Part shown: positions 28,363-38,302 of the stretch, piece by piece
How the letters are laid out: the number at the start of each line of letters is the position of its first letter
Position numbering within the stretch: the first letter of the stretch is position 1
Origin: an uncultured Planctomycetota bacterium
GTDB lineage: Bacteria; Planctomycetota; PLA2; JAEUHO01
Direction of reading: 5' to 3'
DNA length: 64,000 nt
Assembly: GCA_963752285.1 (NCBI GenBank)
Contig: CAVVXN010000002.1
Location: forward strand, 128,001-192,000
Program-made: the position numbers and the translations under genes
Notes under the pieces: generated by a model
What the model saw: only the letters and a program-made list of their open reading frames with translations
What the model was told of the DNA's origin: nothing
The model's database searches: none

Positions 28363-30033
28363 TCAGCGCGGGGAGCGGAAGGTCCCCCACCGCTCCTCGA
28401 GCACGGCCATCACCTCGCCGACGGTCGCCATCGCCTCGACCGCGCGGACCACGTGGGGGACGAGGTTCTCCTCGGTGGCCGTGGCGGCGCGGAGCGCCTG
28501 GATCGCCTCGGCGTGCGCCCAGGCGTTCCGGCCCTTGCGGATCGCCTCCACGCGCGCGACCGCGTCCTCCTCCACCGCGGGGTCGAGCTGGAACGCCGGC
28601 GGGCCCGCCGCCTCGTCGGACTGAAAGCGGTTCACGCCCACCACGACGTCCTCGCCCGTCTCCACGCGCTTCTGCGCGGCGTAGGCGCTCCGCTCGATCA
28701 TCTGCTGGGGCCCGTTCGCCTCGATGGCCTCGATCATCCCGCCGGTCCGGTCGATGCGCTCGACGATCGCCTGCGCGCGGGCCTCGATCTCGCTCGTGAG
28801 CGCCTCGACGTACGGCGAGCCGCCGAGGGGGTCCACGACGTCCGCCACCCCGCTCTCGTACGCGATCGTCTGCTGGGTGCGCAGCGCGAGGACCGCGGCC
28901 TCCTCGCTCGGGAGCGACAGGGCCTCGTCCCGCGCGTTCGTGTGCAGCGACTGGGTGCCTCCGAGCACCGCGGCGAGGGCCTGGATCGTCACCCGGACGA
29001 CGTTCACGTCGGTCTGCTGCGCCTGCAGCGCCGACCCGGCGGTCTGCGTGTGGAAGCGCAGCATCCGCGCACGGGCGGTCTCGGCGCCGAAGCGCTCGCG
29101 CATGATGCGCTCCCACATGCGCCGCGCCGCGCGGAACTTGGCGACCTCCTCGAAGAGGTGGTTGTGGGCGTTGAAGAAGAACGAGAGGCGTCCCCCGAAC
29201 TCGTCCACGTCGAGACCGCGCGCCTTCACGGCCTTCACGTAGGCGATCGCGTTCGAGATCGTGAGCGCGAGTTCCTCGACCGCCGTCGCGCCCGCTTCGC
29301 GGATGTGGTATCCGCTGATCGAGATGGGGTTCCACTGCGGCATGTGGCGCGTGGCGTGCTCGATCACGTCCACCACGAGTCGCATCGAGGGGCGCACGGG
29401 AAGGCGTTGCGTGCCCCGCGCCACGTACTCCTTCAGCATGTCGTTCTGGAGCGTGCCGCGGAGCGCCGAGGGGTCCACGCGCCGTCGCTTCGCCGCCGCG
29501 AGGAGCAGGCCGAGGAGGACGATCGCCGTCGAGTTGATCGTCATCGAGATCGAGACCTTGTCGAGGGGGATCCCGTCGAGGAGCGTCTCCATGTCCTTCA
29601 GGTGCGCGATCGAGACGCCGACGCGGCCCACCTCCCCGGCGGCGAGCTCGTGGTCCGGGTCGTAGCCGATCTGCGTGGGCAGGTCGAACGCGATCGAGAG
29701 GCCCGTCTGTCCCTGCTGGAGCAGCGCGCGGTACCGCGCGTTCGACGCCTCCGCCGTCGCGAAGCCCGCGTACTGGCGCATCGTCCAGAGCCGGCCGCGG
29801 TACATCGTCGCCTGGACGCCCCTCGTGAAGGGCGGCTCGCCGGCGCCGCCCACGATCTCCGAGAAGTTCTCCGCCTCGGGCGCGGGACCGTACGCGGGCT
29901 CGAGCGGGATCCCGGACGGCGTGCGGAAGTGCCGCTTGCGCTCCCCCCTCGCGAGCGTCGCCTCCGTCCATGTCGTCTCCTTCCAGCGGCGGGTCGTGGG
30001 ACCGAGGGGGTCGGGGATGGACGGGGTCAACAT
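28363..30033 (-). CDS. Methylmalonyl-CoA mutase, substrate-binding subunit (split type, no B12 domain)
   Basis: PFTRG...WTMRQYAGF, GLSIAFDLPTQIGYD, QNDMLKEYVARG, ISISGYHIREAG, GGTQSLHTN. Tyr in RQYAGF and Arg in KEYVAR fit MCM rather than isobutyryl-CoA mutase. Confidence 0.9.
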   Translation of the reverse strand: MLTPSIPDPLGPTTRRWKETTWTEATLARGERKRHFRTPSGIPLEPAYGPAPEAENFSEIVGGAGEPPFTRGVQATMYRGRLWTMRQYAGFATAEASNARYRALLQQGQTGLSIAFDLPTQIGYDPDHELAAGEVGRVGVSIAHLKDMETLLDGIPLDKVSISMTINSTAIVLLGLLLAAAKRRRVDPSALRGTLQNDMLKEYVARGTQRLPVRPSMRLVVDVIEHATRHMPQWNPISISGYHIREAGATAVEELALTISNAIAYVKAVKARGLDVDEFGGRLSFFFNAHNHLFEEVAKFRAARRMWERIMRERFGAETARARMLRFHTQTAGSALQAQQTDVNVVRVTIQALAAVLGGTQSLHTNARDEALSLPSEEAAVLALRTQQTIAYESGVADVVDPLGGSPYVEALTSEIEARAQAIVERIDRTGGMIEAIEANGPQQMIERSAYAAQKRVETGEDVVVGVNRFQSDEAAGPPAFQLDPAVEEDAVARVEAIRKGRNAWAHAEAIQALRAATATEENLVPHVVRAVEAMATVGEVMAVLEERWGTFRSPR

Positions 30034-30108
30034 GGTGGGCGCTCTCCGGTTGCGTAGTGAACCGGCCCGGAGCCGCCGAGGCTAGAATCCCCCGCGCGGA
30101 GGTCGGCG

Positions 30109-31614
30109 ATGGGGCGTCTCGCGCTCGTTCTGGCAGTGCTCGCGGCCCTGCTCGGCGCTCCGCCGGCGCGGGGAGGCGAAGGTCCCGCGTCCGACCGCGC
30201 GAAGCGGCGGGAGAAGCTCCGCGAGGCGTACGGCGAGAAGGCGGAGCCCCTCTGGTGGCTCGTCCGCGCCGAGCGGAAGGCCGCCGAGGTCACGGCCCCC
30301 GACGACCAGGCCGCCGCCTTCGTCGTGGTCGCGCGGGCGTGGGCCGAGGCGCAGGAGCCCGACCGCGCGAAGACCGCGCTCGGGCGCGCGGAGCAGGCCG
30401 CCGTCTCGCTCGAGGCGTCCACCGGCAAGGTCCGGCGTCTCCTCGACGCGGCCCGCGCGGCGCGTGACGCGGGCGACGCGGAGCGCGCGTCGAAGGACCT
30501 CGACCTCGCCGCCGACGCGGCCCGTGCCCTCGCGGGCCTCGCGCGGTCGGGCGCGCTGGCCGACGTCGGCGCGGCGCACGGCGCGGCGGGCGAGGCCGAG
30601 GCCGCCGCCCCGCTCTTCACCGAGGCGGGCGAGGTCGCGGCGTCGCTCGACTCGTACGAGAAGATGGACGCGTACTCCGCGCTCGCGACGGCGCAGGCAA
30701 AGGGCAGGGACCTACCCGGCGCGGGGCGCTCCGTGCTGGCGATCCTCGCGGCCGCGCCCGCCGACGACCCCGACGCGAAGGGCGAGGCGAGGGACATCGC
30801 CGACGAGGTGAGGATCGCGGTGGTGGGCCGCGTGGCCGAGCAGGGCGACGCGAAGGGGGCGCTCGACCTGGCGCGCGCGCTCGACCGGCCGCTCTACAAG
30901 TCGCGCGCGCTCCTCGCCGTCGGCGCGCGGCTCGGCGACGGCGCCGAGACGAAGAAGGCCCTCCAGGAGGCGGGCCAGGTGGCGGTCCGCATCCAGGACC
31001 CCTCCGCGAGCGCGCTCGTGCTCGCGAGCGTGGCGCGCGAGGCCGCGCGACGCGGGGCGGCCGACGTGGCGAAGCAGGCGATCCCCGCCGCGGGGCGTGC
31101 GCTCGGCGACATCCTGGAGCCCGAGAGCCAGGTCGAGGCGATGCTCTCGCTCGCGGCGGCGTTCGCCGCGGCCGGCGACCTCCCGAAGGCCGCGCAGAAC
31201 CTCGAGTCGGCGCGGAAGACCGTCGATCAGCACGTGCCCGCCCGCCAGAGGGACCTCGCCCTCGAGACCGTCGCGCGCGGCGCGGCCGAAGCCGGGGTCC
31301 TCGGGGTGGCCCGCGCGGTGGCGGACGAGATCGCCGATCCCGAGGTCCGGGCGCGCGTCACGATCGTCGTGGGCGACGCCGCGGAGCGCGCGGGCGACGA
31401 CCTCGCCGCCCTCGAGACCGCGCGCCAGCTCGGTCGCACGCTCGAGACGTGGCCCGACGACCTCGCGCGCGCCCGCGACCAGGCGCTCGGGGGGATGGCG
31501 CTGCTGCAGACGAGCGCGGGCCGTCCCGACCTCGCCGCCGCGAGCGCGGACCGGATCCAGAGCCCGTCGTTCGGGGCCGAGACGTACGCGAAGATCGCCC
31601 GCCTCCTCCTCTGA
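30109..31614 (+). CDS. Exported TPR/helical-repeat protein
   Basis: Signal peptide (PARG), Ala-rich helical repeats, GGAGG RBS. Confidence 0.75.
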   Translation: MGRLALVLAVLAALLGAPPARGGEGPASDRAKRREKLREAYGEKAEPLWWLVRAERKAAEVTAPDDQAAAFVVVARAWAEAQEPDRAKTALGRAEQAAVSLEASTGKVRRLLDAARAARDAGDAERASKDLDLAADAARALAGLARSGALADVGAAHGAAGEAEAAAPLFTEAGEVAASLDSYEKMDAYSALATAQAKGRDLPGAGRSVLAILAAAPADDPDAKGEARDIADEVRIAVVGRVAEQGDAKGALDLARALDRPLYKSRALLAVGARLGDGAETKKALQEAGQVAVRIQDPSASALVLASVAREAARRGAADVAKQAIPAAGRALGDILEPESQVEAMLSLAAAFAAAGDLPKAAQNLESARKTVDQHVPARQRDLALETVARGAAEAGVLGVARAVADEIADPEVRARVTIVVGDAAERAGDDLAALETARQLGRTLETWPDDLARARDQALGGMALLQTSAGRPDLAAASADRIQSPSFGAETYAKIARLLL

Positions 31615-31630
31615 CCGCTCGGCCCCGCCG

Positions 31631-32593
31631 TCATCGCCGCGGGCGGCGGGGCGGCGCGAGGGCGGCCAGCGCGCGGATCGCCTGCGCAATATCGGGGGGA
31701 ACCGGCGCCTCCGCGCCCACGCGCTCGCCCGTCACGGGGTGCTCGAAGGAGATCCGCCACGCGTGGAGCAGGAGCCGCGGGGCGAGGTCCTCGCCCGGCA
31801 GGCCGGGGTTCCCGTAGATCGGGTCGCCGACGATGGGGTGTCGGATCGAGAGCAGGTGCACGCGGATCTGGTGCGTGCGGCCCGTCACCGGCATCGCACG
31901 GACGACCGCGTGGCGGGGGAGCCGCTGCTCGACCCTCCAGCGCGTCACGGCGCGACGCCCGCCGTCGTGTCGGGTGGCCATCTTCGTCCGCCGCGTCCTC
32001 GACCGGCCGATCGGGAGGTCGATCTCACCGACGTCCTCGGGGGGCGAGCCGTGGACGACCGCGAGGTACGTCTTCTTCACGTGCCGCGCCGCGAACGCCG
32101 CCGACAAGCGGCGCTGCACGTACTCGGTCTTCGCGACGACGATGGCGCCCGACGTGTCCTTGTCGAGGCGGTGGACGATGCCGGGGCGGTCCGCCCCGAT
32201 CGTCTCGGGCAGCCCGCGCAGCCGGTGGACGAGCGCGTTCGCGAGCGTCCCCGCGGGACGACCGCTCCCGGGGTGCACCGTGAGGCCGCTCGGCTTGTCC
32301 ACGACGAGCAGGTGCTCGTCCTCGAAGAGGACCGAGAGGGGCACGTCCTCGGGCTCGACCGTGGCGGGACGCGGCGCCGGGATCGTCACGCCCACGCGTT
32401 CCCCGCCCCGGACCCGGTCGCTCCGCCGCCCGGCGCGCCCGTCCACGAGGACCCGCCCCCCGTCGATCCACGCCTGGATCTCCGTGCGGCTGTGCTCGGG
32501 CATCCGTGCGGCGAGCGCGCGGTCCAGGCGCTCCCCCGCGGCGTCCGGGGGGAGGCGCAGCTCGAGGCGACGCTCGCCGGCTCTGTCCTTCAT
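31631..32593 (-). CDS. rluD: RluA-family 23S rRNA pseudouridine synthase (RluD-like)
   Basis: S4 domain (RLDRAL), VDKPSGLTVHP, GIVHRLDKDTSG, TGRTHQIRVH, PIVGD..YG. Confidence 0.92.
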   Translation of the reverse strand: MKDRAGERRLELRLPPDAAGERLDRALAARMPEHSRTEIQAWIDGGRVLVDGRAGRRSDRVRGGERVGVTIPAPRPATVEPEDVPLSVLFEDEHLLVVDKPSGLTVHPGSGRPAGTLANALVHRLRGLPETIGADRPGIVHRLDKDTSGAIVVAKTEYVQRRLSAAFAARHVKKTYLAVVHGSPPEDVGEIDLPIGRSRTRRTKMATRHDGGRRAVTRWRVEQRLPRHAVVRAMPVTGRTHQIRVHLLSIRHPIVGDPIYGNPGLPGEDLAPRLLLHAWRISFEHPVTGERVGAEAPVPPDIAQAIRALAALAPPRRPRR

Positions 32594-32767
32594 GTCTCCT
32601 CGGACTCGCCCCGGGGGCTCCGGGACGGCGGGGCCGCCGTCGGTCCCTCGGGCCGTCCTCCCGCCGGGCCTTCGAAGGCACCCGCCGGCGTCTCGGCCGG
32701 TCACCGGGCGGCCCGTGGCCCCCGGCGCGGTATTTGTACCCCTCCGGATCCGTGGCGAGGAGACCGC

Positions 32768-34284
32768 ATGGAAGCGCGACACCCGGCCCAAGACGCCCTC
32801 CCCTGGCGGCGCTACGGGATCGTCTCCGCCGTGGTGCTGGTCGTCCTCGGGCTCGCGTTCTGGCTCTTCTATCCGCGCTGGCGCATGGACCGCTGGATCG
32901 CCGACCTCCACTCCGACAACACGAAGATCGCCTCGCAGGCGCGGAAGAACCTCCGCGCCGCCGACGGGGCCGACGACGCGCTCCACGCCGCGCTCTTCGA
33001 CCACGACCTGCCGTTCGAGGTCCGGCGGATGGTCGGCGACATCCTGATCGACCGGAACCGGCTTCCGCTCGTGGAGGACGTGCTCCGCTCGAACGACGTC
33101 CTCGCGCGCGAGGCGGCGCTCACCGTGATCTACGGGATCAGCCAGCGCCCGGGCGCGCTCGGCGAGACGTGGTTCCGTCGCGAGTACGTGGACCGGGCCG
33201 AGTACCGCGTGAAGGAGACGCTCGTCGCGTGGCTCGGCCAGGCGCGCGACCCGTCGCGCGGCCAGGCCGCGACCCTCGCCGCCGCCCTCGGGCTCAAGGA
33301 GGCGATCCCACCCCTCCTCGCGATCGTGAAGGACGTCTCGGGGACCGGCAGCACGCGCGAGCAGCGCGCGGTCCTGCCGCGGGCCGCCCAGGCGCTCGTG
33401 CGCCTACACGCGTGCGACGTGCTCTCCGACGTCGCCGAGAGCGCGGATCACGAGACCGACGACCTCGTGCGCCTCCGCCTCGTGCAGGCCGTCCACCAGG
33501 CCGTGCGCGGTCCGCAGCCGAGCTGTCCCGACGCGCTGCCGGAGGCCCGCGTGAAGGAGCTCCTGCTCCGCGCGCTCGCGGACGGCGGACCGCTCACGAG
33601 GAAGGGCGTGGCCCTCGCGCTCCAGAGCGAGCCGAAGTGGGCGAAGGAGGCCGTGCAGACCCTCCTCCACATCCTCGACGACCGCGAGGCGAGCGACACC
33701 GTCCTTCGCCAGGAGACGCTGCGGGCCCTGGCCGCGTCCGGTTCCGAGGAGTTCGCACGGCTCCTGCCCCGCTACTTCCACGACGACAACCCGTACGTGC
33801 GCCGCGCGGCCTCGGAAGGCGCCCTGACGCTCGCCCACCGGCAAGACATCCCGTTCCACTACGTGGACTGCTGGATCGGCCTCCTCCAGCGCGAGACCGA
33901 GAACGACGCGGCCTTCGCGAGCGCCATCGACGGGCTCCGCGACGCGGCGGGACAGCTCCTCGGCGTGCCCAAGGAGGCGGTGGACGCCGCCTCGAGCGAG
34001 GGCCCGGCGTGGACCCGGTTCCGAGACGAGATGTTCGAGAGGGGAGAGAGCGGCGGCCTCTCTCGCGCCGCGTGGGCCGAGATGTGGTGGCGGTGGTGGG
34101 CTCGAAGCAGGGGCTCGACGAGAAGCAGGTGGACGCGGGGTGGGCCGCGCGTACGTCCTTCTGGGAGCACGCCCGCGCGAACGACGCGGCGGGCGCGAAG
34201 GCGGTCCTCGACGCCGCGCCGCGGGCGGAGGAGGCCCTTTACGACTACGAGCTGAGCTGGCTCGACCTGCACGCCACCTCGTAG
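32768..34284 (+). CDS. Membrane-anchored HEAT-repeat protein; frameshift near 34100
   Basis: GAGGAG RBS, N-terminal TM, HEAT-like repeats (DDNPYVRRAA). The C-terminus continues in another frame as SKQGLDEKQ...WLDLHATS*. Confidence 0.75.
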
Positions 34285-34446
34285 CCGGATCCGCGCGCCC
34301 GCCCTCTTCGCGCGTCGTCTTACCCCGGACCCGCGTGCCGCGCCGGGCCTGCTCGCCCTGGATGTGACCGGGCGGCGGCGTCGCGCGATCGAGAGTCTCC
34401 GGCACACCTCTGCTTCCTCCTCCTCAGGTCTCGGATTGGAGTGGAC

Positions 34447-34640
34447 ATGTTCGTACGAACACGGCTCGCGGCGGGGCTCGCCTTCGTCCTCGGAGTCGGC
34501 GTGGCCCGAGTCGCGCGCGCCGACAGCGTGACCTCCGGACCTCCCTCTCGCCCGTCCCGATCTCGGATCCGGCCGAGCCCGTCGTTCTCGGCATGACCGG
34601 TGTCGGCGTCGTCGGCGGGCGTCGCGCCGGGGTCGCCCGG
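34447..34640 (+). pseudogene. Internally deleted PEP-CTERM gene remnant
   Basis: GGAG RBS + MFVRTRLAAGLAFVLGVGVARVARA-DSVT, then within ~15 nt, in another frame, SPVPISDPAEPVVLGMTGVGVVGGRRA (degenerate sorting signal). Confidence 0.55.
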
Positions 34641-34820
34641 GAGCCGGGCGGGCCACGCGTCGGTCTCCTCCGACGTGCGTCCAGCGGACGGGACACCACC
34701 GGGGCCCGTCCGGGCGACGTGGGACGTTCGTCGCCGCGGGTCTCCGGCCGGCCTCCGAGGCCCCTTGGCGGGCCGTCGGCGGCCGCGTGGGGCCGCCGGA
34801 ACCCGAGGGTGCAGTGCGTA

Positions 34821-34836
34821 TGGAACCAAGTTTGCT
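34821..34836 (+). promoter_or_regulatory. Putative sigma54 (-24/-12) promoter upstream of the PEP-CTERM pair
   Basis: TGGAAC-CAAGT-TTGCT with GG-N10-GC spacing. Confidence 0.5.
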
Positions 34837-35018
34837 TTCGGAGGGGACGGACCGGTCGTACCCACGCCAACTCATGGTCGTATATCGTTCTGCTGCAACG
34901 TATTGGGACGATCTAGGCTCAAGTCCCACTGCGGTCTCGACGACCGGACTTTCCTCGCCCCACCCCTCCGGTGCCGCGAGAATCCCCCTGAAGTCTTAAG
35001 AAAAAGTTTGGAGGCGAC

Positions 35019-35819
35019 GTGCGGCACCGAATCGGCCTGGCCCTGCTGGCTGGGGCGGGCTTCCTGCTCCTCGGGGCGGGGGCGGCCCGGGCGGACAGCG
35101 TCACCATCTCCGACGGCTACGTCGGCGCGGCCCCGACGAGCGGCCTCTACACGGGGGTGGACCGGATCGGGGACGTCACGGAGTACGACGTCTCGAGCCT
35201 CACCGCGAGCTACGACAACGGGTCGTTCGACCTGCGGATCGACTCCTCCTACATGGACAACGTCGGCTCCGACGGCACGCGGCTCGGAGACGTGTTCCTG
35301 AGCTCGAACGGCTGGAGTCCGCACGGCTCGGCGCCCTACATCTACGACGCGAGCACGAACGGCGAGATCTGGGAGTACGCGCTCGTCCTCGACGACCCGA
35401 CGAGCACGACCGGAGGCACCGTCTACCTCTACGAGATCGCGGGCGGCAGCCGCGCGCCCTCGAACGGCGTCGTCGGCCTCTCCGGCGCGCCCTCCGGCTA
35501 CATCTACCGGGCGGGGCAGGAGGTGGACTTCACCCCCTCCGCCAACGTCAGCGCGCTCGCGTCCGGCACGTGGTCGCTCACGAACGGCCCCGGCAACGCG
35601 GACCACATGGACCTCCACATCGACTACGCCGGGCTCCTCGCCGCCGGTTCCACCTCCCTCGGGATCCACTGGACGATGAGCTGCGGGAACGACGTCATCG
35701 AGGGCGCCATCCCCGTCTCGCCCGTCCCCGAGCCGGGTTCCGCCGTCCTCGTCCTGATGGGCCTCGTGGGCGTGCTCTGGGTCACCGAGCGTCGTCGCGC
35801 CGCGCGCCTGCGGGCGTGA
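35019..35819 (+). CDS. PEP-CTERM protein
   Basis: AARA-DSVT signal; HWTMSCGNDVIEG; PVPEPGSAVLVLMGLVGVLWVTERRR. Confidence 0.9.
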   Translation: MRHRIGLALLAGAGFLLLGAGAARADSVTISDGYVGAAPTSGLYTGVDRIGDVTEYDVSSLTASYDNGSFDLRIDSSYMDNVGSDGTRLGDVFLSSNGWSPHGSAPYIYDASTNGEIWEYALVLDDPTSTTGGTVYLYEIAGGSRAPSNGVVGLSGAPSGYIYRAGQEVDFTPSANVSALASGTWSLTNGPGNADHMDLHIDYAGLLAAGSTSLGIHWTMSCGNDVIEGAIPVSPVPEPGSAVLVLMGLVGVLWVTERRRAARLRA

Positions 35820-35820
35820 C

Positions 35821-36635
35821 GTGCCCGCCACGGGCGCCACGATGCGCGTCCTCCTCGGCCTCGTGGGGCTCGCGGGCCTCCTCGCGATCGCCGGCCGGGG
35901 CGCGCGGGCGGACGCGATCACCTTCTTCGGGGAGGACCTGGGCGCGGGCGAGACCACGAGGCTCTCCTCGACGCCGGGGTCGAGCGCCGCCGCGTCGGAC
36001 TTCCTCTCGTACCTCGACGGCGTCGGGACCGAGGACTTCGAGTCGTACGCGCCCGCGTCGTCGCCCTGGTCCTCCTACTCGACCTTCCAGGCGGGATTCC
36101 CGGTGGGCAGCGACACCGTCACCGCGACGAGCACCTCGAGCTCGCTCCGGCGCATCGAGAACGTCTCGAGCGGTACCGACGGAGAGGGCCGCTACCCGAC
36201 CAGCGGCTCGCAGCTATCGAGGTGGGCGCGCGCGCGTCCAGCTACTGGGTCGAGCTCGACTTCTCGAGCCCGGTGGCGGCGATCGGCTTCTACGGGATCG
36301 ACGTCGGCGACTTCGGAGGCCGGCTGCAGGTGCGGACGAAGGCGAGCGACGGAACCTGGACCACGTACCTCGTCTCGCACTCCCTCTACGGCTCCGGAGG
36401 GGACGTCCTCTACTTCGGGCTCGTGGACCCCGACGAGTTCGTGAGCGTGAAGATCGGGATGTGGTCGGTCCCGCCCTCGTCCGCGGACTGGTTCGGGATC
36501 GACGACCTCACGGTGGGAACGCTCGACCAGGTGAGCCCGCCGGTCCCCGAGCCGGCGAGCCTCGCGCTCTTCGGCCTGGGCGCCGCGGGTCTCGTCGTGC
36601 TCTCCCGCCGGCGCCGGCGGGCCGCCCTCGCCTGA
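35821..36635 (+). CDS. PEP-CTERM protein; frameshift near 36215
   Basis: GARA-DAIT signal and EDFES in the first frame; FSSPVAAIGFYGIDVGDFGG...FGIDDLTVG...PVPEPASLALFGLG..RRRR in the second frame. Confidence 0.85.
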
Positions 36636-36650
36636 GCAAGCCCGGTCCGG

Positions 36651-38159
36651 CTACCGCGCGCCCTCGGGGAGGGGCCAGCGGATCTGGACCTTCGCCTTGT
36701 CCTCCATCTCCCGCTCGAGCCAGTCGTGCGCGTGGCTCTGGGACATGCCCTCGAGGATGATCTCCTGGACCTCCTCGAACGGCGGTGCGGGGATGAACTT
36801 CTCCCGGCGCAGCACGTGGACCTCGGAGAGCGTCTCGAACGGCCGGGAGACGTCGCCGTCCTGGAGCTCCTTCGCCTGCTTGAAGAGCAGGCTGCCCGTC
36901 GAGACGTCGCGGACCCGGAGCCGCTGCGCCTTGAAGGTCGGGTCGCGCTTGGTGTTGACGTCCCGCTCGACCTGCTCGAAGGGGACGCCGCTGTGGAACA
37001 CGCGGAGCAGGTCCTGCGCGGCGTCGAGGGCGTCCTTCCGGGTCCGGCCCCCGCGGGGCTGCCCGAGGAGCGGGTTCTGGGGCGCGAAGTCGATCTCGAC
37101 GTCCGTGACCAGGTACGCGTCGCCGTAGAGCGTGTCCTTGTTCTTCTCCCACTCCGTCCTCACCTCCGCGGGCGTGATCTTCGCCCGCTCCTGCGCGATC
37201 AGGCCGAAGAGGCCGCGGAAGTAGCGGTCCTGGCGCATCTGGTCGAGGTCGAGTCGGTACTGCATCTTGACCCAGTCCTCGTAGGAGACGCTCTTGTAGG
37301 CCTCCTGGGTCGTCATCTCGCGCCACTGGTCCCAGTGCGCGCGCTCCGCGTCGATCACCGCGTTCATCTGCGCCGGCGAGAGCGCCATCGTCGCGGTGAG
37401 GACCGCCTTGCACTCCTCGACGATCACCGAGCGCACGTCCGCGGCCGGGAGCCGCGCCAGGAGCTCGCGGCCGTACTCCTCGACGGAGATCGGGTCGCCG
37501 GGGACGTGGACGCCGTCCTCCCCGGGCTTCTCGTTCGGGTAGACGTGGACGGTGGCGATCACGCCCGCCGCGAGCTTCGCCGGCTTCTCCTGGAAGGCGG
37601 TCGGCCACCCGTAGACCACCTCCACCCGCGGCATCACCTTCTGCGACATCACGAGCTCGGTCTGCTGGATGCGGGCGTTGGGGTCCTTCGGCAGTGTCTT
37701 CCCGAGGTTCGAGGGGTGGCTGGCGATCGCCTCCTTCGCGAGCTGGTGGCGGAGGTTTCGGACGAACTCGCCGTAGGTCGTCTTCTGGTTCTTGATCTCG
37801 TCCCGGAGCGTCTTGTTGCCGCCCGAGAGCGTGCGAACCTGGTGGTCGAGATCGTTGAACGCGGCGTTGACCTGCTCGTCCGTCACCACGATGCCGAGGC
37901 GCTTCGACTCCTGATCGATCACCCGCTCCTCGATGAGCTGGCGGAGGATCGTGGTGGGCCCGCTCGCCTTGTCGAGGAGCCGGAGCCGCATGCGCCACGG
38001 CACGATCCCCGCGAGGCGCGAGAGGTAGAGCGTCTTGTCGGCGACCTTCGCGACCCACGGGTCGCCGGGCCCGCCCTCGGCGCGCGCGCCGGGGAGGAGG
38101 CCGCCTCCGAGGAGGCCGAGCGCGAGGAGCGAGAGCAGGGATGTTCGGGTTCGGGTCAT
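36651..38159 (-). CDS. Exported SurA/PpiC-like foldase
   Basis: Signal peptide, ILRQLIEERVI...KRLGIVVTDEQVN (SurA N-like), GDVSRPFET...HVLR (parvulin-like). Confidence 0.7.
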   Translation of the reverse strand: MTRTRTSLLSLLALGLLGGGLLPGARAEGGPGDPWVAKVADKTLYLSRLAGIVPWRMRLRLLDKASGPTTILRQLIEERVIDQESKRLGIVVTDEQVNAAFNDLDHQVRTLSGGNKTLRDEIKNQKTTYGEFVRNLRHQLAKEAIASHPSNLGKTLPKDPNARIQQTELVMSQKVMPRVEVVYGWPTAFQEKPAKLAAGVIATVHVYPNEKPGEDGVHVPGDPISVEEYGRELLARLPAADVRSVIVEECKAVLTATMALSPAQMNAVIDAERAHWDQWREMTTQEAYKSVSYEDWVKMQYRLDLDQMRQDRYFRGLFGLIAQERAKITPAEVRTEWEKNKDTLYGDAYLVTDVEIDFAPQNPLLGQPRGGRTRKDALDAAQDLLRVFHSGVPFEQVERDVNTKRDPTFKAQRLRVRDVSTGSLLFKQAKELQDGDVSRPFETLSEVHVLRREKFIPAPPFEEVQEIILEGMSQSHAHDWLEREMEDKAKVQIRWPLPEGAR

Positions 38160-38188
38160 CGTGGGGTCACGGCTCCAACCGGCCGGCG

Positions 38189-38271
38189 AGGCTATGGACG
38201 CCCCCACGGGGGGTCAACCTGCCGGAGGACACCTCCGAGGGGTTGACCCGGGCCCGGTGGGGGGGCAAGTT
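38189..38271. promoter_or_regulatory. Back-to-back divergent sigma70-like promoters on an inverted repeat
   Basis: GGGTCAACC...GGTTGACCC (38211-38249); minus strand TTGACC-N17-TAGCCT, plus strand TTGACC-N17-CAAGTT. Confidence 0.5.
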
Positions 38272-38302
38272 CGGACGGCGAAGGTCTTCGAGGAGACATC
38301 CC

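Noticed and set aside
28363..30033. Isobutyryl-CoA or hydroxyisobutyryl-CoA mutase
   Set aside because: The specificity positions are Tyr (RQYAGF) and Arg (KEYVAR), as in methylmalonyl-CoA mutase.
34399..34414. Sigma54-like CGGCAC...TGCT upstream of the PEP-CTERM remnant
   Set aside because: GG-to-GC spacing is 9 nt rather than the required 10.
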